Source: an uncultured delta proteobacterium (GTDB lineage: Bacteria; Desulfobacterota; Binatia; UBA9968). From it: a DNA stretch of 64,000 nt. Shown in pieces: positions 34,086 through 45,324 of this stretch. Each line of letters opens with the position of its first letter. Positions within the stretch are counted from its first letter, which is position 1. The notes under the pieces are model-generated. The model did not search any database. It saw only the letters and a program-made list of their open reading frames with translations, and was not told the origin of the DNA. A program made the translations under genes and the position numbers. The DNA is taken from positions 160,001 through 224,000 of the forward strand of contig CAWJZV010000004.1 of NCBI GenBank assembly GCA_963847445.1. Direction: 5' to 3'.

Positions 34086-35540
34086 CTATGCTCCAGGGAA
34101 CGGAATCACATTGCGAAATTTTTTGATCACCTGCTCGCGCAACTCGCGGCTCGAGCGGCTGACTTTAGGAAATTTATCTTTCCAATGATACGGCCGCACG
34201 GCGTAGAAGATCGCCCGGCCGTTGGTGTGGTCTTTCGACTCACGCTTGTCCGGCGGCATGCGCGGATCGAGCGGCGTCGACCAGGCGCCGTCGACGATGT
34301 CGATGTTGGTCGGCGGATCGACCCGCGTCATCATCGCCCACAAAACTTCTTTCATATTGGTCGGATCGATATCGTCGTCGACCACGACCACGTAGCGGCC
34401 GTTGCGCGCCGACGCCGCGCAACTGACGGCGGCGAGGCCGGCCTGCTTGGCGTGGCCGGGGAATTTCTGCTCGATGGCGACCACGGTCATGTACGGCGAG
34501 TGATTGTAAACTCCGACGACGTTTTGGACGCCGGCGGCTTCGAGCTGATCCCAGAGAATGCCAGCCGTCGGATTGCCATCGATCTTCATCGCGCCGGTCC
34601 ACAGCGGCGCTTCCTCTTCGAGGATCGGATCGTTGCGATGATAGATCGCCTTGACGCGAATCACCGGCTGCGCTTCGCCGGTGCCGATGGTACCGCCGGA
34701 GTAGTATCCCGGCCATTCGCCGAACGGCCCCTCGGCGCGCGCCTCCTCGCTCGGCGGCGGAATCTCGCCTTCGATGGCGATCTCCGCGCCGGCGGGAATC
34801 GGTAACCCCGTCACAGGGCCGCGGATAAATTCCAACGGCCGGCCCATCAAACCACCGGCGTAGTCGAGTTCCGATTTACCGTACGCGAGTTTGGTGTGCG
34901 CCAGAGTGAACAGCAACGGATCGCTGCCAAAGGTCGCCACCACCGGACAGCTCTTGCCCTGCTGCCAATACTTGGCGCAAATCAGCCGGCCGTCCTGCCC
35001 CGGACTCATCCACAGGCCGAGCAGATTCTTTTCATGGAGCTGAATCCGGTAGGTGCCGGCGTTAATGAAGCCGCTATCGGGGTCGGCATTGATCAGACAA
35101 TCGCCGGTGCCGATGTAACGCCCGCCGTCGCCGTCGTGGAAACGGGGCGAGGGGAATTTAAGCAGATCGACCTGGTCGCCCTGCATGACGTTTTCCATCA
35201 GCGGCGAACTCTTGACCTCCGCGGCTGGAATAGAATTGCCAGACTTCATCTTGCGCGCCAGCAAGCGCACCACTTCAAGCTTGGTTTTCTCCGGCGCAAT
35301 TCCGAAAGCCAACGCGGTGCGTTTGTAGTTGGCGAATGCCAGGCTGACCAGGCGAAATCCCGCTGGATAGTCCTTGATCTTATCGAACAGCAGCATGGGC
35401 CGCTCATCGAGTTCCGCCGTCGCCTCGATCAAGGCGCCGATCTCGTTGTTCCAGTCCGCGCCTTCGATCAGGCGCCATTGGCTGACTTTCTTGGCTTCCT
35501 CGATGAAGCCGCGAAAATCATGGTAGGGGAGTGTGTCCAT
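34086..35540 (-). CDS. UbiD-family (prFMN) decarboxylase
   Basis: LLFDKIKDY, DGGRYIGT, NAGTYR, EGPFGEWPGYY, VVVDDDID, WAMMTRVDP. Confidence 0.93.
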   Translation of the reverse strand: MDTLPYHDFRGFIEEAKKVSQWRLIEGADWNNEIGALIEATAELDERPMLLFDKIKDYPAGFRLVSLAFANYKRTALAFGIAPEKTKLEVVRLLARKMKSGNSIPAAEVKSSPLMENVMQGDQVDLLKFPSPRFHDGDGGRYIGTGDCLINADPDSGFINAGTYRIQLHEKNLLGLWMSPGQDGRLICAKYWQQGKSCPVVATFGSDPLLFTLAHTKLAYGKSELDYAGGLMGRPLEFIRGPVTGLPIPAGAEIAIEGEIPPPSEEARAEGPFGEWPGYYSGGTIGTGEAQPVIRVKAIYHRNDPILEEEAPLWTGAMKIDGNPTAGILWDQLEAAGVQNVVGVYNHSPYMTVVAIEQKFPGHAKQAGLAAVSCAASARNGRYVVVVDDDIDPTNMKEVLWAMMTRVDPPTNIDIVDGAWSTPLDPRMPPDKRESKDHTNGRAIFYAVRPYHWKDKFPKVSRSSRELREQVIKKFRNVIPFPGA

Positions 35541-35613
35541 AACTGATCTCCGGTGACTGGAGTTCGCACTGCAAATCCTGCTGTCCTCTAAACCGACAGT
35601 GACAATTGCACAA

Positions 35614-35686
35614 GTCGCCATACCGGCGCAGGCCGGTATCCATCCCCTCCCCAACTCCTAGATTCCGGCCTAGGCCGGAATGACGG
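35614..35686. repeat. GTCAT...CCGGC-type REP doublet
   Basis: gtcgccataccggcgcaggccggtatcc ... gattccggcctaggccggaatgacgg. Confidence 0.8.
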
Positions 35687-35722
35687 ACGAAGAAGCCGAC
35701 TCACTTGCGCGATATGCGATTT

Positions 35723-36842
35723 TTATTGCAAAACCTTCTCCGCGAACTTTTGCGCTTTCAGCCTAACTTCAACGCACTTGTCTTCGAGGTAGTTGCGCAT
35801 CTTTTCGTTATCCTTCGGGCTCAGGGAATCCTTCGACGCTTCCACACCCTGCTTGGCCATCCACTTGGTGTCGACGTCAAGCCGGCGCGTGCCGTGCAAC
35901 AGCACCCGGCTGTAGATTTCCTGCCCTTCTTTACTCAATAGCCAGTTGACGAACACCTTCGCCGCATTGGGATGGGGCGGATTTTTGACAATCGCCAGCG
36001 TGCCGTAACCGTTGCTCGACGGATTGCCTTCACTGGGATCGGGCAGGTCCTTCAGCGGCAAGCCCGCCTTGACGAAGGGCTCAGTCTGCGCCAGACCGAT
36101 GCCCAGCGTGATTGCGAGTTTGCCCTTGGCTAAGGCTTCAGCCAACTGCCGGAGGTTTTGCGTGACGAAGAGATCCTGCTGCACAAGCTTTTTTAAGAAC
36201 TCTTCGCCCTTGAGGTCCCATAGATAGGACCAGACCGACAAGCCCGAGCCGGCCACGCGCGGATCGCTCAAACCGATCTTGCCTTTCCATTTTGGATTGA
36301 GCAGATCGTCGAAGGAACCAAACTCCTCGGGTTTCGAGAGCGACGTGTTGTGCCAATAGCCTTCGGTACTCTTGGTTGAGATGAAGGAGTAGAAAAGTTT
36401 GGTGCCGCTGACGTTGTCCATGAAGACATGGCCGCTCCACCATTGCTTAGGCTCCTTCACCTCGGGGAGAATCATGTAGGGCTCGATCTGATCGAACATC
36501 CCCGACTTGATCAGTGGCACGCCGGTGCACGAGCCGAATATGAACGAATCGAAATAGCGCACGCCGGCTTTGCCTTCGGTGACGATGCGATTGGCGATCT
36601 GCGGCCCGGTGCGCGGAAAAGATTTCCATCTCGAAACCGAAGCGCGCCTTAAATGCCGGCTCAAGCTCGCGCCGCAGCTCGGCGCTCGGCGGCAGCCCGA
36701 CGACAACCTTGCCTTCCTTCTTCGCCGCCGCCACCGTCTTGTCCCACTCCACCTGCCACGGCTGCTGAGCGTATGACACGGGTGACTTAGCGAGCAAACA
36801 GACTACGCCCAATAGGGCTGATAAGACGAAGTTCGCTTTCAT
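35723..36842 (-). CDS. ABC substrate-binding protein (paralog of 32971-34081; orphan), one indel
   Basis: WDKTVAAAKKEG, PYMILPEVK, DDLLNPKWKG, KNPPHPNAAKVFVNWLL. Confidence 0.88.
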
Positions 36843-36994
36843 AGTTTGCGGACTTTGCGCTTGCGGCAATCAGCTCGTGAAATCCGACTCGTGCCTCATG
36901 CGTTCCGCTTCAGTCAAATTTTGCGTGCAACGACAATTGCGACCTGTGCCATACCGCCGAGCAGTCGCGCGCAATGAGATACAACATCCATCTT

Positions 36995-37320
36995 CACCAC
37001 GAAGAACACGAAGCGCACGAAGTTCGGGGAAATAATTTCCGAAACCTTCGTAACTACTATCCGTGATAATTTGCGCGGCTTGCGCAAATTGTCCGGGAGC
37101 CGTGACGCCTCGGATTCGGATATTCCTCGCGCCAAGATCGCCAAGGTCGTGAAGTGCGACAGGCCAGGGGCCTGTCATCCTGAGGGAATGCGAAAGATCT
37201 AAGCAGGATTTCTCTCTCCGTTCGAAATGACAACGTTCTTCCTTTGCGCCCTTTAGGTGCTTTGCGCGAGATACTCCAAAATTCGCTTGCGGCTGCGCCG
37301 CGCTGGGTCCTTCGTGGTGA
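36995..37320. repeat. Three-level nested palindromic repeat
   Basis: Outer CACCACGAAG...CTTCGTGGTG; middle CTCGCGCCAAG...CTTTGCGCGAG; inner TGTCATCCTGA...GAAATGACA. Confidence 0.8.
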
Positions 37321-37350
37321 AAATGATCCCCACAGCCGAGGTCTAAATTT

Positions 37351-38361
37351 TTACTGCACATCGAAGCGCGTCGCGCGCTCCGAGACATTATTGAACGCCT
37401 TGGGATGCACCAGCTTGCGGCTGTAGAGCACCATGCGCAGGAAGCCGGGGCTGCCGGTGATGCGGTGCGCCACGCCGCGCGGGATATAGGACATTTGGCC
37501 GGCGTCGAGCTCCATGGCGCCCCATTCGGTGTGATTGAGCGAATGGCCGCGGAATTGAAACCAGATTTCGTCCTCGTCGCAGCCGCGATGAAAACCGTTC
37601 TGCTCTTCCTCAAGATTGTAAACGTCGACGCGAAACTCATTGCCGTTGTATAAAATCGGCGCGCGCGCGCCGCCCTTGCCGGTCATGCCGGTGAAATAAT
37701 TGAACGCGCTCAGCTTGCGCACCGGCCGGCCGCCTTCGCGTTTGCAGCCGATCAACGCCGCGACATCGCGCTCGACCCAGAGATCCGACTGCGGGTCCCA
37801 GAAGCTGATATGCTCCAGCGCCGTTCCATCGCCAGCGCCGTCGGCATTGTGGCCATCGGCGGCGCCGATCGGCTCCGACGGTTTGACGCGGAACTTATTT
37901 TGCGTCAGCGGCGTCTCCGGATCGACGCCTTCAGTCATCGCTTCCTGGGTCGCCACGCGCACGCGCAAGCATTGGTCCGAACCGGTGCTGCGATGGGCAA
38001 TCGCCGAAGGAACCAGGGCGATCTCTCCGGGCTCGATTTCGATGACGCCGCCTTCGCTCTCGATCTTCGAGCGGCCGCAGAACTGCAAATAAACGATGTC
38101 GTAATCCGCCGCGCGGGTCAGCTGGGTCTCGCGGCCGGCGATAAGCTCGGTGCACACGCGCAAGGCATCGCCCTCGAACACCGTCGCCCGCGCCCGGTTG
38201 CCGTTAAGCGGCGTGCTGCGCAGTAAATCGAACGGCCGGATATGCGGCACCATCCTTTGCCCCATGCGCGCCGTGCCGATCACCGCGCTTTCGTCGCGCT
38301 CCATCCAGATATGCTCCGATGGTTCTCGGTGGGTCATAAATTCACGAATTTTCTTCGCCAT
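37351..38361 (-). CDS. Bicupin protein, homogentisate-dioxygenase-like cupin signature
   Basis: Two repeats: R.ADYDIVYLQF.G...E.G....PGE...VP..IAHR and FHRGCDEDEIWFQFRG...TEWG...IPRGVAHR. Confidence 0.7.
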   Translation of the reverse strand: MAKKIREFMTHREPSEHIWMERDESAVIGTARMGQRMVPHIRPFDLLRSTPLNGNRARATVFEGDALRVCTELIAGRETQLTRAADYDIVYLQFCGRSKIESEGGVIEIEPGEIALVPSAIAHRSTGSDQCLRVRVATQEAMTEGVDPETPLTQNKFRVKPSEPIGAADGHNADGAGDGTALEHISFWDPQSDLWVERDVAALIGCKREGGRPVRKLSAFNYFTGMTGKGGARAPILYNGNEFRVDVYNLEEEQNGFHRGCDEDEIWFQFRGHSLNHTEWGAMELDAGQMSYIPRGVAHRITGSPGFLRMVLYSRKLVHPKAFNNVSERATRFDVQ

Positions 38362-38460
38362 AACATTCTCCTGTTCAATTCAAAAGTCGACCTTCTTGAA
38401 CGTCGCCCTCACACATTTCCACTTTTCTTTTCTCGCGTTTCTCTACTGAGCTACCATCAC

Positions 38461-39414
38461 TCAATTCTTGATTCCCAGCTCCCTTTGCGCGTCTCGCAAA
38501 ATCGACAAATCCTCTACCTCGCTGAGAGACACTTCTCGGGTCACCTTCGCCACCCGCTTAGCCTCGTCGATCAGCAACCGCAGCCCGATATCGGGGAGAT
38601 TGAGATCCTCACTATACGTCTTCACGGAGGAGTCATAGGTCGCCGCCGCCATCTCTTTATCAATCTTCAGCCACTCTGCCATGATTGAAAGCGTGCCGTC
38701 GCGATTCTGACGAATGTACCGGTTCGCCTTGATACCCGCTTTGATTACCCTCTTGATCTCATCCGGCCTTTCTTGAATCTTCTTCGCGCTTGCGATCAAC
38801 CCGCTCAAGGGAAAACTGAATAGCTCGTGGGCTCGCGTGAGCACAACAAATCCCAACTTCTTGCCGAGAAAATCGATAGGCGGGCCTCCTAACGTCGCAG
38901 AAGTCAATCCCTGTTTCATGGCACCAAAGCGAGAGTCGACGGGTCCGGTTGCAAGAAACTTGACCTCATTGTCAGGGTCGATGTTGAAATGCCGTAGTAT
39001 GAGCCTGGCTATCCCTTCAAGAGCGCCGCCGTAAGCGTTGACGCCGATCGTTTTATTCTTCAATTCAGGGACGGACTTTATTTCCGGCCGGGCGATGAGC
39101 GCCGTGGGGGAAACTGGCACGTAAGCGGCAACGAGCTTGACGGGAACTCCACGGATCGCGGCGGCCACTCCAGGGCCGAGCACGGTATAGTAATCGATCT
39201 CGCCGCTGACCAACGCTTGAAGTGCGATCGCTGGATTGATCCTGATAAACTCCCCTTGAAGTCCTTCCTCCTTGAAAAAGCCACGCTTGTCGCCGATAGC
39301 GAGCGGAACGAACGGCGCGGCAAGATCCGGGTATCCGATCCTGATTTTGTCAACTGCGTGACCCAACGCGGGGAACGCAAATAAAACTAACAATACCAAG
39401 AGAGTTTTTTTCAA
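38461..39414 (-). CDS. NMT1/TauA-like substrate-binding protein (orphan)
   Basis: CAGGAG RBS + TTG; GFFKEEGL, ALVSGEIDY, DLSILRDAQRELG. Confidence 0.88.
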   Translation of the reverse strand: MKKTLLVLLVLFAFPALGHAVDKIRIGYPDLAAPFVPLAIGDKRGFFKEEGLQGEFIRINPAIALQALVSGEIDYYTVLGPGVAAAIRGVPVKLVAAYVPVSPTALIARPEIKSVPELKNKTIGVNAYGGALEGIARLILRHFNIDPDNEVKFLATGPVDSRFGAMKQGLTSATLGGPPIDFLGKKLGFVVLTRAHELFSFPLSGLIASAKKIQERPDEIKRVIKAGIKANRYIRQNRDGTLSIMAEWLKIDKEMAAATYDSSVKTYSEDLNLPDIGLRLLIDEAKRVAKVTREVSLSEVEDLSILRDAQRELGIKN

Positions 39415-39492
39415 AGATGACTCCTGTAAGATTATGTGGTCGATTGTTGATCCTAGCTCGCCAGTCACAAAGGACGGTTTGAAAGCTGCTTC

Positions 39493-41034
39493 TTACTTAA
39501 ACTGCGCCTGCTTGTTCAGATAAAATTTCCGCATCGCCGGGCGGTATTTTTCCATCATCTCTTTGTTGAGGTCGAGGGGCGGATTCGCGCCTTCGGGAAG
39601 CAGCGAGAAATACTTGCTGTCCTTGGTATCTTGCTCGAACTGCTTCTTGGCAGCATCTCGCAATTCAGGAGATGTCAGCAAATCCAGCACCGACGCGGCG
39701 ATCACCTTCGCTCCGGTCACTGCACCTTTGTGGCCGATCGACATCGTCGGCGTGATACCTGCCGACCAGTGATGGGCCTGGATGCCAGGCACCACCGAGG
39801 GGAAACGAATCGTTCCTGTCGGCAGCACCCAGGTAATGTCACCGATATCGTTAGAGGATGAGTTTTGCCGGCCTGCTGCCAAAGGCAACACTTTCGTCGG
39901 CAGACCCACCTCCTTCTGGCCCATGGATTTTTGCAGTTCTTTGGCGAACTTGTTTTCGTCTTCCGTCCAGTTCGGCATGCCGACCACGTCGATATTCTTC
40001 TGCACCGCTTCGGCGATCACTTTATTGCCAAGCGAAGGCCACGCCGCACCGAAGGGCTCCATCTCCATGGTCGTGCCGGTCATCAACGCCGCGCCTTTGC
40101 CGACGTTGACCAGCTTGTCGAAATTCTCCTTGGCCCACGGACCCGACGCATCGCGAACAAACCACCAGATCTGTCCCATGTCAGGAATGATGTTCGGTTG
40201 CACGCCGCCATGAGTAATCGTGCGATGGGCACGATAGGTTGGCCGCAAATGCTCGCGCAGCTTGTCCATGCCGATATCCATCAAAACCACGGCGTCGACA
40301 GCGTCTTTGCCATCCCACGGATTGACGCCGCCATGGGCGGTTCGGCCTCTGAAGGTAAACTTCGCGCCGATCAGAGCGTAGTTGCCCAAGCCATAACCGG
40401 TGCCGAGGCTGTCACCGACATGGGTGATCACCGCCGCGTCGACATCCTTGAAGTAACCGTCGCGCACAAGATAAGGCCGGCTCATCAGCTGCTCTTCCGC
40501 CGGACCGATGGAGAGCACCACGGTGCCGGGCAGTTTAAATTGTTCCATCGCCTTCTTGACCGCGTGCGCCGCGCCAATCGCCGCGGCGGCCATTAGGTTG
40601 TGCCCTTCCATATGTCCTGGCGCGCCTTCGACGAGCGGTTTGCGCGGAATGCTGGCGGGAGTTTGCGACCCTTCGGGCAGCGAATCCATCTCAGTTGCGA
40701 TGGCGATCACCGGCTTCCCCGACCCCCAGGTCGCCCAAATATTGGTCGGCAACCCAGCACCGCCGAGCTCGACTTTAAAACCAATCTGTTCCAGTGTGGT
40801 TTTCACATACTTGGAACTCTCGTACTCCTGCATCCCGGGTTCGCCGAAGTAGTAGAGCACATCGCCGACGGTAGCGATCTGCGCCGCATTGCGCTCGACG
40901 ACCTCGAGTGCAACCCGTTTGGCATCGGTGGGAGAATCGGCGGTGGCCGGTTTGAAAATAAAAATAAGCGCGACCGTTAATGAGGCAATCGCCACAAACC
41001 CTCTGCAATTCAAAAATACACTTCTAACGGACAT
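39493..41034 (-). CDS. M20-family amidohydrolase (AbgB-like) with N-terminal signal/TM segment
   Basis: GGAGGA RBS; EPGMQE, EMDSLP, GHMEGHN, GPAEE, SSNDIGDITW. Confidence 0.88.
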   Translation of the reverse strand: MSVRSVFLNCRGFVAIASLTVALIFIFKPATADSPTDAKRVALEVVERNAAQIATVGDVLYYFGEPGMQEYESSKYVKTTLEQIGFKVELGGAGLPTNIWATWGSGKPVIAIATEMDSLPEGSQTPASIPRKPLVEGAPGHMEGHNLMAAAAIGAAHAVKKAMEQFKLPGTVVLSIGPAEEQLMSRPYLVRDGYFKDVDAAVITHVGDSLGTGYGLGNYALIGAKFTFRGRTAHGGVNPWDGKDAVDAVVLMDIGMDKLREHLRPTYRAHRTITHGGVQPNIIPDMGQIWWFVRDASGPWAKENFDKLVNVGKGAALMTGTTMEMEPFGAAWPSLGNKVIAEAVQKNIDVVGMPNWTEDENKFAKELQKSMGQKEVGLPTKVLPLAAGRQNSSSNDIGDITWVLPTGTIRFPSVVPGIQAHHWSAGITPTMSIGHKGAVTGAKVIAASVLDLLTSPELRDAAKKQFEQDTKDSKYFSLLPEGANPPLDLNKEMMEKYRPAMRKFYLNKQAQFK

Positions 41035-41114
41035 TAGAATTCCTCCTCCTTGCCAAGGGCTTATCACGACCGAGCGATAAAAACGAAGTCCACTAAAAAG
41101 GTTCTCAATCCTGC

Positions 41115-41291
41115 CTGTCATCCGAGCGAAACGAGGAATCTCGACTTCCTCCCACACGGCGCTAAGGTCCAATCACGTTGGGATTGATCGACTCGATCAG
41201 CTGATATTTCTTAGAGCGGCGCCATTCACTACCGCAACAACCGAGCGGCATCGAATTGAAGACGAGCCCCTTCGCTACGCTCAGGGTGACA
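41115..41291. repeat. TGTCATCC...GGGTGACA REP element with an internal insert
   Basis: tgtcatccgagcgaaacgaggaatctc ... cccttcgctacgctcagggtgaca. Confidence 0.65.
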
Positions 41292-41349
41292 CCGTGAATC
41301 TAAGCGCCAGTGCCGGAATTAAATATTATCTTGGAACGGTCCCCGCGCC

Positions 41350-41625
41350 TCAGACAAAATTCCCATCGCGCATGTTGTAGATCTTTTGGAACTTCTCCGC
41401 GCCTTGGGATCTTGGCTCGCCATGATCACGGTCTTGCCGTATCTCTCGGCCAGGGAAAGAAACAATGCCGTGATCGCCGTGGTGTTGCCGGTGTCTAAAT
41501 TGCCGGTAGGCTCGTCGGCAAGGATCAGCGGCGGATCGTTGGCGCCAGCGCCACGGCGACGCTGTTGTTCGCCGCTGGACAGTTCCTCTGGCCGCTTGTG
41601 GCCTAATACCGACCAAGTCCATAAA
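41350..41625 (-). pseudogene. Truncated LolD-like ABC ATPase remnant (C-terminal part only)
   Basis: HKRPEELSSGEQQR, ANDPPLILADEPTGNLDT, YNMRDG; no Walker A upstream. Confidence 0.75.
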
Positions 41626-41913
41626 TTACTGCGCGGCAATTACTCGACGCCGCACATTTACTGGACCTTATTGAAACGATTGAGAATCTATTGGCGTGTG
41701 AGCAGAATTGTCAAGCGAATTTGACGCAACTTTGACAAGCAAAACTATAATTTGTGTGTCAGCAATTTCATTTTATCGCCGATCGAGTCGAATTCGTTCC
41801 ATTCTGGTCACGCGAGCGATACGCCGAAAACATTTTGCCCAAAATTTTTTCGATTATTAGTTGTGATCGACGGGTAATTTGAGTACTCTGCCGAAGGTTT
41901 TAAGGTTTTTCCT

Positions 41914-43320
41914 ATGCGGGCTAGCAGAAACCTCAATTATCTGCTGTTGGCAATTGTTGGAATCTTCGGTTGCGCCAGCAGAGATCAGCAGTACTACAGC
42001 ACTGCAGCAACTTCAGCGCCGGCGCAGGTCGTCGGCGCGTTGCCCTTAGCTGCACACTCGACACCGACTCTTCAGCCTACCACGCCGCAAGTTCCTCAGC
42101 AGATTGAATCGCCCAAAGTAGTTGAAACCGTTTCCGTGCCGCCGATGCCGGCGCCGCAACCGGCGCCGGCTGCGCCAGTTGCCGAAGTCAAAAACGATCG
42201 CACCGAGGGCCGTGCGAAATCGACCCCAACGCACGCGCCAACAAATCACAGCGCTACGCTTAATCCGGTCAAAAACGACCAAGGGCTGCTGGAATTTTTA
42301 GATAAAGATATCGACAAGGCGGTTGAACAGCCCAAAGAACGGCGCCGGCTGCAATTTTCAAAAGAAGTCGTCGACAATCCGCGCGTGCGCCAGTTCGTCC
42401 GCCAGTACTCGGCGACCAACAAGGACTATTTTCAAACTCTGTTGGAGCGCTCCGGAAAATACATGCCGATCATCGCCAAAGTCTTGAGCGACGAAGGGCT
42501 GCCGGAAGAGTTGGCGTATCTCGCCCTACTCGAAAGCGAATTCCTGGTGAACACAACATCGCAATCTGGTGCGGTGGGACTCTGGCAATTCGTCCCGAGC
42601 ACGGCGCGCCAGTACGGCCTGCGCATCGACGATTGGGTCGACGAACGGCGCGACCCGGTGAAGTCCACCAGAGCCGCCGCCGCTTATCTAAAGGATCTGC
42701 ATCGCTACTACGGCCGTTGGTACCTGGTAACGGCGGCCTACAACGCCGGCCCGGCGATCATCGACAAAGCCCTGCAAACCAGCCGCGCGGCGGATTTTTG
42801 GGGTATCAAAGAAAAAGCTCAATTACGGCAGGAAACCCGCAACTTCGTGCCCAAGTTCGTCGCCATCGCGTTGATCGCCACCAATCCAAAAAAATACGGC
42901 TTTAATAATTTGCGCTACGAGGAGCCGCTGGAATTCGACGAGGTGGATGCCGAAGGTTTGCTCAAGATCGATACTGCAGCCGAAATGGCAGAAGCCGACT
43001 TAACGGCGATGAAAGAACTCAATCCGGCGCTGCTGCGCAACGTTACGCCGCCAGGGGCGCGTGGTTATCGTTTGCGCGTTCCGGCCGGCAAGGCCCTAGT
43101 ATTTGCCAAAGCCGGCGAATACCAGCGCAACAAGGAGCAGGAATCGGTTCGGGTGGTCACCCACGAGGTGACACGAGGCGATACTCTCGTATCCATCGCC
43201 GCGCGTTATGGCCAAGCCGTCAGCTCACTCATGGAACTTAACGGCTTGACCACGGCACGACTGCAAATCGGCCAGAAGCTTCGGGTAATTCTTGAAGGTA
43301 TCCGCGGTACGCTGCGCTAA
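41914..43320 (+). CDS. MltD-like lytic transglycosylase lipoprotein with LysM
   Basis: Lipobox IFGC; LALLESEF, AVGLWQF, VDERRDP, AAYNAG, ETRNFVPK; C-terminal LysM. Confidence 0.92.
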   Translation: MRASRNLNYLLLAIVGIFGCASRDQQYYSTAATSAPAQVVGALPLAAHSTPTLQPTTPQVPQQIESPKVVETVSVPPMPAPQPAPAAPVAEVKNDRTEGRAKSTPTHAPTNHSATLNPVKNDQGLLEFLDKDIDKAVEQPKERRRLQFSKEVVDNPRVRQFVRQYSATNKDYFQTLLERSGKYMPIIAKVLSDEGLPEELAYLALLESEFLVNTTSQSGAVGLWQFVPSTARQYGLRIDDWVDERRDPVKSTRAAAAYLKDLHRYYGRWYLVTAAYNAGPAIIDKALQTSRAADFWGIKEKAQLRQETRNFVPKFVAIALIATNPKKYGFNNLRYEEPLEFDEVDAEGLLKIDTAAEMAEADLTAMKELNPALLRNVTPPGARGYRLRVPAGKALVFAKAGEYQRNKEQESVRVVTHEVTRGDTLVSIAARYGQAVSSLMELNGLTTARLQIGQKLRVILEGIRGTLR

Positions 43321-43323
43321 ACC

Positions 43324-44610
<1,287 letters not shown>

Positions 44611-44683
44611 TGGAATATACCTTTCACCACCGCTCTCACTTTAGCCTTTTATTAGACCATCGCCATGCGCCGGTCAACTGTGC

Positions 44684-45148
44684 TCACCGCGGCGCAGCAG
44701 AAATCGACCAGCGGAGCTTCCAACCCGCCGGGCAGCGAGCCACACAGGCGAGCGTCGCCGGCGCAAATTCGATCACCGCCCGCTCGGCGTCGCCGGTAGT
44801 TAGTAAACCGGCGAGCCGGCCAAGGTACGGCAAGTGACTCACCAGCATTAGCGGGCGGTTCGCCGCTTCCAGCTCAGCCCTGGCAATATTTGGATCGTCG
44901 TCAGGGCATAGCCCGCCGAGTTCGCGCACGCCCTCTGCAGGCGCCAGTACCGCGGCGACCAGTTCAGCAGTCTGTTGCGCCCGCAAGATACCGGAATGGT
45001 AGATCCAAGCGACCGCCACACCGCGAGCGCTGGCGCGTTGCGCCAACGCGTTCACTTCGGCGCGCCCTCTTTGCGACAGCGAACGTCGGCCGTCGGGAGT
45101 TCCAGACAGCGCCTCGCCGTGGCGCATCAGATAACAGTCCACCGCCAA
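44684..45148 (-). CDS. sixA: Phosphohistidine phosphatase SixA
   Basis: YLMRHGEA, RAQQTA, LVSHLP. Confidence 0.88.
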   Translation of the reverse strand: MAVDCYLMRHGEALSGTPDGRRSLSQRGRAEVNALAQRASARGVAVAWIYHSGILRAQQTAELVAAVLAPAEGVRELGGLCPDDDPNIARAELEAANRPLMLVSHLPYLGRLAGLLTTGDAERAVIEFAPATLACVARCPAGWKLRWSISAAPR

Positions 45149-45324
45149 CTAAGTCCTCTCTGCTCAGTTCCCCATAACGTCAAAAATTGTTTTGCGGATT
45201 GGTCTTTGCAACTATATGACCGCAGATCGGCGCAAGCGCCAATTATTCTTGCAAAAAGTCGTTGTTGATATAGTATGCCGACCAGCGTTTTGCAATCAAA
45301 TCGATTCTCCAAGTCTGCATAACC

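Noticed and set aside
41718-41752. Sigma70 promoter for the mltD-like gene
   Set aside because: TATAAT is present, but TTGACA is 8 nt and TTGACG 19 nt away; spacing is not convincing.
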